Shown here: piece by piece, positions 57,457 through 64,000 of the stretch
Layout: each line of letters starts with the position of its first letter
Position numbering within the stretch: position 1 is the first letter of the stretch
Source: a virus
IMG/VR virus record: IMGVR_UViG_3300047284_000516
Coordinates: 1-64,000 of that record
Length of the DNA: 64,000 nucleotides
Strand: one strand, 5' to 3'
Made by a program: the position numbers and the translations under genes
Notes under the pieces: model-generated
Databases searched by the model: none
What the model saw: only the letters and a program-made list of their open reading frames with translations
Told to the model about the DNA's origin: nothing

Positions 57457-58566
57457 ATGGCCATCAGATTACCTTCTGATATTCCATTTTTCTATAGTCC
57501 ATATTATTGGCCTCAAGAGCTTCCAAAGCCAGAGGCTAATAAATTCTATCTTGCTGTCAATGGTTGTCATAATGGTTCAATAGTAATAGCCAAAGGTAGT
57601 ACAATTATTGAGCATCTAGAATTTGAAAGACTGCTGGGTATCAAAAACGTAGGTATAGCTGATTATCTTACCCCACCAAACAATCTCATCTTTCCTATAT
57701 GGAAACGGATTATGCAGTTCCTCATGAACAAGCATAACATAGAGCTCTTTGATATCTGTTTCTATAATGCCACCTACAACATACTGACGGACAAGAAGCA
57801 TTCAATACTTGATCTGATTCCCATTACACAAAGAATAGAGATACAGCATCACGTTGCTCATGCCATGGGTAGTCTCTACCAATCCCCATATAATGAAGCT
57901 TTATGTGTCACAGCAGATGGAGGTGGTAATGATGGTATATTCTATGTGTACAGGTGCTCTAAAGGTCACAATCCAAAGATGATTGTAGGAAGTCCATTAG
58001 ATTTAGGACTTACATATGCTGCACTGGCGCACTATCTAAAGGAAATAAAACAAAAAGATTGGTTGAACGGTAACTTAGAATATCCAGGTAAGTTGATGGG
58101 GTTAGCGGCATATGGTACTGTAGTACAGCAGTGGATCCCAGAAATTAGAAAGTATGTATGTAACAAACCGGGAATGAGAACATACTATGATTATCACGTA
58201 ATAGAGCAGCATATTGCGGAATTAGGAAAGCGGATAGGTATAACATTTGATAAAAACCGGAGAATAGAAGGTCAAATGTCATATGATCTAGCAGCTACAT
58301 TTCAGCATGTATTGGAGCAAGTGTTCATGGAGATAATTTCTCCAATTGTAGAATATCATCAACTTCCTGTTTGCTTTTCAGGTGGGGTTGCATTAAACGT
58401 GTTACTAAATACGAAGCTAGCAAAGGTTTGTGATTTGTTTGTTGGACCAGCTCCTAACGATAGTGGGATAGCTCTTGGTGCAATGCTTCATTTCATTAAA
58501 CCTCTGGAACCGTTTGACGGAACCTATAGTACTCTCGATCTACTAGATGATTACTTTTATAAATAA
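57457..58566 (+). CDS. Carbamoyltransferase paralog, N-terminal (Kae1-like) domain only
   Basis: HHVAHA, ADGGGNDG, GKLMGLAAYG, GGVALN, PNDSG; stops at the interdomain boundary. Confidence 0.85.
   Translation: MAIRLPSDIPFFYSPYYWPQELPKPEANKFYLAVNGCHNGSIVIAKGSTIIEHLEFERLLGIKNVGIADYLTPPNNLIFPIWKRIMQFLMNKHNIELFDICFYNATYNILTDKKHSILDLIPITQRIEIQHHVAHAMGSLYQSPYNEALCVTADGGGNDGIFYVYRCSKGHNPKMIVGSPLDLGLTYAALAHYLKEIKQKDWLNGNLEYPGKLMGLAAYGTVVQQWIPEIRKYVCNKPGMRTYYDYHVIEQHIAELGKRIGITFDKNRRIEGQMSYDLAATFQHVLEQVFMEIISPIVEYHQLPVCFSGGVALNVLLNTKLAKVCDLFVGPAPNDSGIALGAMLHFIKPLEPFDGTYSTLDLLDDYFYK
58558..58565 (+). promoter_or_regulatory. T4-type late promoter
   Basis: Exact TATAAATA at the start of the right-hand late block. 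Confidence 0.8.
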
Positions 58567-58605
58567 AGTTGCAGTAAGGCTACGGTAAACCTGCATGGAG
58601 AAAAC

Positions 58606-59637
58606 ATGGAGTCAACAGAAAAAAAAGTAGAACCTAAAAAGGTTGCTACCAAAAAGAAATCTACTAAGGATGATATCGTCCTTAACCCCACTTACAAATC
58701 AGAACTTTCTTCTGTGAATGAGCGAGTACTGTCAGTAGTACAACGTCTTCAGAGAGCAAGAAGCTTGAAAAGAAGAGAGCCCATTCTCCTTCTTAAAAAG
58801 CAAATAGCAAAGTTCAGACCTCATACAAAAAAACAACTAAAATTAAAAGCTTCGCAGATTGCAAAGAGCGCAGTTAGAGCTCGCTTTGCAGGATCGAGAG
58901 GTAAATCATACAGCACTCTTTCACTTGCTGATAGAGCAAGTGTTGATCGCCTAGTAGAGCCAAAAAAACAACTGGTAAGTCTTATCAAGCAACGCCTTGC
59001 TCCAAAACTCAGAGCTGCAGATATGAAGCGTCTATCTGCTGTACGATCTGGAAAACCAGCAAAAGGCATTAAAGCGTATATTAGCGGAACCATTAGTCAA
59101 TCATATGAACCAAAGCTTCTGGATTCACTGTTTGAGAAATCAGAAGCTTCAGGAATTCCTTTTGAGTTTTTAGAAGAAGTATTCCTACGTGAAATGTATT
59201 CGTCTAATGATCAGGAAGTAGCGTTCAACAGAGTAAACTCCTTCATTAGAATGGGCAAATCATATTTGGAAACAGATGTTGATCTGGCAGAAAAACTAAG
59301 GGAGTTTACAGTTAAAGAAGAAGTGACGATAGAGAAACAATACTTCTTTGTCGAAGATGAGGAAATTGGAATGGCAGACTTCAATCAGTTCAGTGAAGCA
59401 ACCTACCAAGGAAGAGAAGTATCTCTCAACAAACCTTCTGCTGGAGATGTAAAAAAATCTAAAGTATTTGTTCGTCATCCAGAAACTGGTAATGTTGTTA
59501 AAGTTAATTTTGGTGATAAGAATATGACGATTAAGAAGGACAATCCAGCAAGACGTAGATCGTTTAGAGCTCGCCACAACTGCGATAATCCTGGTCCCAA
59601 ACATAAAGCACGGTATTGGTCGTGCAAGGCATGGTAA
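58606..59637 (+). CDS. Basic late protein with C-terminal DUF6321-like domain (probable virion protein)
   Basis: VKVNFGD...RRSFRARHNCDNPG...ARYWSCKAW; follows a late promoter. Confidence 0.65.
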   Translation: MESTEKKVEPKKVATKKKSTKDDIVLNPTYKSELSSVNERVLSVVQRLQRARSLKRREPILLLKKQIAKFRPHTKKQLKLKASQIAKSAVRARFAGSRGKSYSTLSLADRASVDRLVEPKKQLVSLIKQRLAPKLRAADMKRLSAVRSGKPAKGIKAYISGTISQSYEPKLLDSLFEKSEASGIPFEFLEEVFLREMYSSNDQEVAFNRVNSFIRMGKSYLETDVDLAEKLREFTVKEEVTIEKQYFFVEDEEIGMADFNQFSEATYQGREVSLNKPSAGDVKKSKVFVRHPETGNVVKVNFGDKNMTIKKDNPARRRSFRARHNCDNPGPKHKARYWSCKAW

Positions 59638-59640
59638 AAA

Positions 59641-60027
59641 ATGGCTCAAAAACATATTCTTAAGCTAACGGAAACAGAAGCAGTATTGAAGTGCTACATT
59701 ACCAACCCAGCTGGAGGTACTATTGATATTAGTCTGCAAACAGATCTAACTGGAGACGATGAGACGTTTATAGGTGATCCAATTGTAACAATTCAAGAAA
59801 TATTTTGGGGTGCTAAGAAGGATAAGCAGATTGATCTCACTCGAATCGTTCCTTCTGATCCAACTGGAGTTCATGGTCACTATTATCTTACAAATTCTGG
59901 ATCCTATGATTTTGTAGGATTTGTGGATAGCACCTATGCTAGTAAAGACATCAGAATAATTGGCGATGGAGCATTCCATGTCATTATCAAGCTTCGTAAA
60001 GTTCAAGGTTGGTCACATAATAATTAA
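59641..60027 (+). CDS. Hypothetical late protein
   Basis: 128-aa beta-rich ORF in the late block. Confidence 0.6.
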   Translation: MAQKHILKLTETEAVLKCYITNPAGGTIDISLQTDLTGDDETFIGDPIVTIQEIFWGAKKDKQIDLTRIVPSDPTGVHGHYYLTNSGSYDFVGFVDSTYASKDIRIIGDGAFHVIIKLRKVQGWSHNN

Positions 60028-60059
60028 CTCTAAATACTAAAACCACAAAGGAGAAGTAA

Positions 60060-60929
60060 ATGATCAAAGATATTCCCCCAGGTCTCGCTCACACAGTTAG
60101 AGACATCCTCAAGCAATCTACCGAAAAGTTCTTAGAGCAAAAGGCCGATGAGCAAGCTCGTTTGGCTGCTATTAGAGAGGGTAAGGCTCACACTGTTCCT
60201 ACAACCGACAAAGAAAAAAAACTAGCTGCGCTTGCTGAACCCAAAGATAAAATCACCCATGCTGATGTTATGGTTGGTCGTGGCGTTAAAAGGGAAGAAG
60301 TTGAAGAGCTTGATGAATTATCAAAAGATACATTAACAAATTATAAAGATAGAGCAACCAAAGTCGCAAAACAATTAAAATGGGCTGCTCATTATAATTC
60401 TGGTGATGACTGGGAGGCAGCAGATAAATCGTATGATAAGCACCTCAAGCGTATGAAAGGTGTTAAAGCAGCAACAGCAAGACTTGCTAAAGAAGAAGTT
60501 GAAGAGATTGATGAAGCTGGTAACAAAATGTTCCCAGGTACACCAGAGTATGAGAAGAAGTTTGGTAAAGTTCCTCAGGAAATGAAAGCTGGCGAAAAGA
60601 AAAAGACATCTCAGGGTGAAATGAAGAAGACGGAGAAGGGTGTCCAGCATACACGTGCCTACGAAGAAGCAGAGGCTACTGAAGCTAATGTTGAGGAAGA
60701 GACCGATACACCAGGTAACTCGACACACCAATGCGCTGTTCATGTCAAACATGCAACATTTGGTGAAGGAAAGACACTATTCAGTCAGCATGCAGAACCC
60801 GATTGGAATGCTAATGGATATATTTCGTGGTACGATGTTATGTTTGAAGAGGGAATCAAGCGCGTAGAGACAACGGATCTGGACATCCTAGTCTCTGAAT
60901 CGCACATGAGTCATAAGAAAAAGAAATAA
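60060..60929 (+). CDS. Probable internal head protein (Glu/Lys-rich, modular)
   Basis: EEVEELDE and EEVEEIDE linkers; AAGGAG SD; CTAAATA upstream. Confidence 0.6.
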   Translation: MIKDIPPGLAHTVRDILKQSTEKFLEQKADEQARLAAIREGKAHTVPTTDKEKKLAALAEPKDKITHADVMVGRGVKREEVEELDELSKDTLTNYKDRATKVAKQLKWAAHYNSGDDWEAADKSYDKHLKRMKGVKAATARLAKEEVEEIDEAGNKMFPGTPEYEKKFGKVPQEMKAGEKKKTSQGEMKKTEKGVQHTRAYEEAEATEANVEEETDTPGNSTHQCAVHVKHATFGEGKTLFSQHAEPDWNANGYISWYDVMFEEGIKRVETTDLDILVSESHMSHKKKK

Positions 60930-60945
60930 AATTCAGGAGCTCTAA

Positions 60946-61629
60946 ATGAGTAAACCATTTGGGTACGAAAAGTTTGTAAAGAATTACCAAAAGATCACTG
61001 GTAAGACGCCTGACCAGCGTGTGAAGGAGTTGGACGACTTTCAGAAAAAACTAGCCCAACAAAAAGCTGAGTTCGAAGCAAGACATGCTAAGAGTGAGCT
61101 TAAAGAATCCTATAATGATAATGACCTTTATTCTATCCATAAGGATACTAAAAAAGTAAAACATCTAGGCAACCCTTATCGTAACCCTGCTGCTAAGATG
61201 CACAAACAAAAACATGAAGCAGAAGGTCATAAGGTCGTAACTGGCAACGATCTTAACATGAAGAGAGTGTCATTTTCTGAAGAGAAGATGAAAGGTGAAG
61301 ATCCTTGCTGGAAAGACTATGAGATGGTTGGCCACAAAATGAAGAACGGTAAGAAAGTTCCTAACTGTGTTCCAAAAGAGGAAACCTCGATGATTAAATT
61401 TAAATCCCATCTAAAAATAGAAGAGGCTGTTAGTTCTATTGAAAAAGCATTGCAGGATACTCCAAAAGGTCTTGAAATACACATGAAGCACAAGGAGACA
61501 GGTAAGATACAAAAGACTACTTTCCTGGGTACCCATAGTGCTGTTAAGGCTGCACATGATCACATTAAGCAAATGGGCAAGAAGGGTTATGAGTTCCATT
61601 CTCATAAACTAATCGAAGAAGCAGAATAA
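60946..61629 (+). CDS. Probable internal head protein (modular)
   Basis: LKE/IEE junctions, DPCWKDYEMVG...VPNCVP module. Confidence 0.6.
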   Translation: MSKPFGYEKFVKNYQKITGKTPDQRVKELDDFQKKLAQQKAEFEARHAKSELKESYNDNDLYSIHKDTKKVKHLGNPYRNPAAKMHKQKHEAEGHKVVTGNDLNMKRVSFSEEKMKGEDPCWKDYEMVGHKMKNGKKVPNCVPKEETSMIKFKSHLKIEEAVSSIEKALQDTPKGLEIHMKHKETGKIQKTTFLGTHSAVKAAHDHIKQMGKKGYEFHSHKLIEEAE

Positions 61630-61630
61630 A

Positions 61631-61948
61631 ATGCCAATAAAAGCGGGTAATGTCAAGGTTGGTACTAATAAGGAGCTGGAACATGAGCAGCCTCCTGAGC
61701 CAATCAATCGATCTAGTATAAGAGCTGGATCAATTGTTAGGAGAGCTCCCAAAGAAGTTGCTCCCCCTCCCGCTGAGCAGCCTCCAGTACCTCAACCAAC
61801 AATTAGACCTGGACCTCCTCCAAAACCTAAACGTGTGCGGAGCGTAGCAGCAGATCCTAGAGAGGCGGTATTGGTAGTGAACGGTAAACAAATGAAGATT
61901 GGTAAGAAATCTAAATACCTACTCGACATGCTTTCATTGGATGAATAA
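61631..61948 (+). CDS. Proline-rich hypothetical protein
   Basis: APPPAEQPPVPQPTIRPGPPPKPK; abuts the upstream stop. Confidence 0.55.
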   Translation: MPIKAGNVKVGTNKELEHEQPPEPINRSSIRAGSIVRRAPKEVAPPPAEQPPVPQPTIRPGPPPKPKRVRSVAADPREAVLVVNGKQMKIGKKSKYLLDMLSLDE

Positions 61949-61968
61949 CTTTTTAAAGGAGCAAAAAA

Positions 61969-62289
61969 ATGGCACTATGGGGTAAAAACGATCAATACAG
62001 TGATGCACCTAAGTTTGTAGTAGATGCAGCTACTGGACAAGATGGACAGGATCAATTTGGTAACACAGTATTTGGTGTAGACACAACAGAAGCTGGTGTT
62101 ACACCTGTTACCCATGCTGGATGGGTAAGACGGGTGGAAGGTACTGGAGGTCGTGCTGGTCGTATTCAGTATGAGACTCTCGTAGCTACTGGAACTATTG
62201 CTGGGGATGCTACAGGTGGTGCAGGTAACACAACAGCTACAGCTAATAGCACTGGTACAGCTGACGATACATTATTCCCTGATTCCTAA
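61969..62289 (+). CDS. Small virion structural protein
   Basis: MALWG...THAGWVRR...GGRAGRIQYETLVA; Gly/Thr-rich; strong SD. Confidence 0.65.
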   Translation: MALWGKNDQYSDAPKFVVDAATGQDGQDQFGNTVFGVDTTEAGVTPVTHAGWVRRVEGTGGRAGRIQYETLVATGTIAGDATGGAGNTTATANSTGTADDTLFPDS

Positions 62290-62291
62290 TT

Positions 62292-62612
62292 ATGGCTGAT
62301 AGAGCAAAAAAGATTTCTGAGCTTACGTCTCTGGCTGCTGCGGCTACTAATGATGTTGTAATCATTCTAGACTCGTCAGAGTCGGAGACTAAGTCTATAT
62401 CTGTTGCTTCGTTGTTTGGCAGTGTCCCATCTAATACCACATTTGGTAACGCCGCTATCGTTTCTGCTAACACACTCGTTGTAAGAAACAAAACAACCCC
62501 AGCAAATAATTCGGTTACTGTGACTGAGGGAACAATTTTTTATGATGAAAACTATCTCTATGTTGCAATAGCTAACAATACCATTAGACGAGTGGCACTG
62601 AGTACATTTTAA
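62292..62612 (+). CDS. Small fibre-like virion protein
   Basis: KKISELTS N-terminus, GTIFYDENYLYVAI...RRVAL C-terminus. Confidence 0.6.
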   Translation: MADRAKKISELTSLAAAATNDVVIILDSSESETKSISVASLFGSVPSNTTFGNAAIVSANTLVVRNKTTPANNSVTVTEGTIFYDENYLYVAIANNTIRRVALSTF

Positions 62613-63004
62613 TGCACGACAAACTTGACGAAACAAATTTTTTATTGTATGCAGCAAAGCACTATGATAATCCTCAGTATTTTGATACTGTTGAGTTTTA
62701 TGAAGACCTTAGCAGATTTAAATACATTAAGAGGTTATTAAACAAGTATGAGGAAACTGGGGATCTTAAGGAACGTTTAATTATTAATCATCTAGTGGTT
62801 TTATACAATGTGTTTGGTGCGGAGGCATGTACTCGTTTGCTTTTTCTTAAATTGAATGATCAGCTGCATCTGATAAAGCCCTTTTTGTTGATGATGGGAA
62901 CGCTTCCAAATGTAGTAAGAAATATAGGTTTAACTGGTAGTGACATAACAACAGATGATATAGTTTCAGATACAACCATAGAAGAGATACTAAGACAATT
63001 ATGA
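62612..63004 (+). CDS. Conserved T4-like hypothetical protein
   Basis: NFLLYAAKHYDNP...FKYIKRLL...ERLIINHLVVLYNVFG. Confidence 0.7.
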   Translation: MHDKLDETNFLLYAAKHYDNPQYFDTVEFYEDLSRFKYIKRLLNKYEETGDLKERLIINHLVVLYNVFGAEACTRLLFLKLNDQLHLIKPFLLMMGTLPNVVRNIGLTGSDITTDDIVSDTTIEEILRQL

Positions 63005-63501
63005 TCGATCCTAAATTAGATTCCCATTATGTTCATATGATGCTACAAAGGCTATCTACTCCCTTTAAGGATTGGCCAGCATATCAAATGGGTATTATTG
63101 ATATCAAAGGCAATATTCTAAAGGAGCGTGACGAACTGTCGGATGAGCAGCTAAAGAATTGGACATTATTGGATCTCCTTGCTTGTAATTTAAGAAGAGA
63201 TCTTTATAAAGTAGCTGGAGCAAAACAAAAATTATCGTCTATGCAAATGGCCCTCAGCTATTTAAAACAAACAACAACCAAGGCAGCATCATCAGAAGTG
63301 GGATTGAAAAGACAGCAAGGACAACTCTTCAAATTCACTAAATACAACCCAGTGAAAGAAGATATTGCTAATGCAGTAGGAGGAGGTAATGTGGCAGGAT
63401 TGGGTGTTGGTCCACAAGGTGAACCTCCAGTTTCAAAGGCAGCACTAATAAAAAGATCAATCCTCAATAAAAAGAAAAAGAACAATGGGGAAACAAAATA
63501 G
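63001..63501 (+). CDS. Conserved T4-like hypothetical protein
   Basis: TPFKDWPAYQMGIIDIKGNILK; C-terminal VKEDIANAVGGG...GEPP module. Confidence 0.65.
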   Translation: MIDPKLDSHYVHMMLQRLSTPFKDWPAYQMGIIDIKGNILKERDELSDEQLKNWTLLDLLACNLRRDLYKVAGAKQKLSSMQMALSYLKQTTTKAASSEVGLKRQQGQLFKFTKYNPVKEDIANAVGGGNVAGLGVGPQGEPPVSKAALIKRSILNKKKKNNGETK

Positions 63502-63922
63502 TAGTGAGTCGTGGATAAATCGTAAATGGCGTCCAGCTATGGGCTGGATGTACATGACGGTTTGCATCTTTGACTTTATCTTATTTCCAATTATGTTTAC
63601 AATAGTGCAGTTTTGGGAGTTCGAAGCTGCTAATGATGCATTTCGCCAATGGGAACCTATCACCATGACTGGTGCAGGTCTCTTTCATTTAGCGATGGGT
63701 GCTGTGCTTGGCATTACAGCATGGTCGAGAGGTCAGGAAAAGATGACCTCGTCTTCGTTTGGACCTATGGGAATGGGTATGTCTCATAATCATTCATATA
63801 ACAATGAGTATGTAAGTCAAACCCCAATTAAAAACAATAAACCCAAACATCAACCAAGACCTTCTCGCGACGATGATGATGAGGAAGCTGGGTTTGATCG
63901 CTTTGGGAACCCAATAGATTAA
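63485..63922 (+). CDS. Holin-like membrane protein (GTA 3TM-holin-like)
   Basis: WRPAMGWMY, two TM helices, GAVLGITAWSRGQEK. Confidence 0.6.
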   Translation: MGKQNSSESWINRKWRPAMGWMYMTVCIFDFILFPIMFTIVQFWEFEAANDAFRQWEPITMTGAGLFHLAMGAVLGITAWSRGQEKMTSSSFGPMGMGMSHNHSYNNEYVSQTPIKNNKPKHQPRPSRDDDDEEAGFDRFGNPID

Positions 63923-63934
63923 AGGAAGATACAT

Positions 63935-64000
63935 ATGGAACAATTCGACACAATAGCGAGGATAGCCGTGTTAGAAAATGAAGTTAAAAACATTGCCAAG
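63935..64000 (+). CDS. 5' end of an ORF running off the window
   Basis: AAGGA SD, MEQFDTIARIAVLENEVKNIAK. Confidence 0.55.
   Translation, partial: MEQFDTIARIAVLENEVKNIAK

Noticed and set aside
58540-58610. Frameshift or read-through restoring the C-terminal domain of the second carbamoyltransferase
   Set aside because: The downstream sequence is a late promoter and an unrelated gene; no GPRALG or RPFAP motifs follow.
1-64000. CRISPR array, alternative genetic code, integrase or IS element
   Set aside because: No spaced direct repeats noticed; core genes are full length in the standard code and end in TAA, TGA or TAG; no suppressor tRNA, transposase or integrase motifs.

Overview
This is a 64-kb segment of a large, AT-rich T4-like myophage with almost all genes on the + strand. 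It holds the canonical morphogenesis block (gp13-gp23, gp3), the uvsY-uvsW-gp55-gp47-gp46 block and the replisome genes (gp45, gp44, gp62, regA, gp43, uvsX, gp41). T4-type late promoters (TATAAATA) precede gp18, gp22, gp23 and a late block at the right end. The accessory content is rich. (1) A 7-deazaguanine DNA-modification cluster has QueE, QueD, FolE, a second T-fold protein (DpdL-like) and a TGT-fold transglycosylase (DpdA-like), but no QueC in the window. It is interleaved with a purine phosphoribosyltransferase, a dNMP kinase, a dUTPase/dCTP-deaminase-fold protein, two glycosyltransferase-like genes and an antisense HNH endonuclease. (2) A tRNA region contains an intact tRNA-Pro(UGG) nested inside the anticodon arm of a second, degenerate tRNA, followed by an unassigned structured RNA. 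(3) An ahpC / class II aldolase / ahpD cassette. (4) An island of glycosyl-, methyl- and carbamoyltransferases and 2OG-Fe(II) oxygenases. Candidate cis-RNA controls include a ROSE-like thermometer before hsp20 and a start-codon-masking hairpin before the endolysin. All family calls come from motif recognition by eye; no searches were run.
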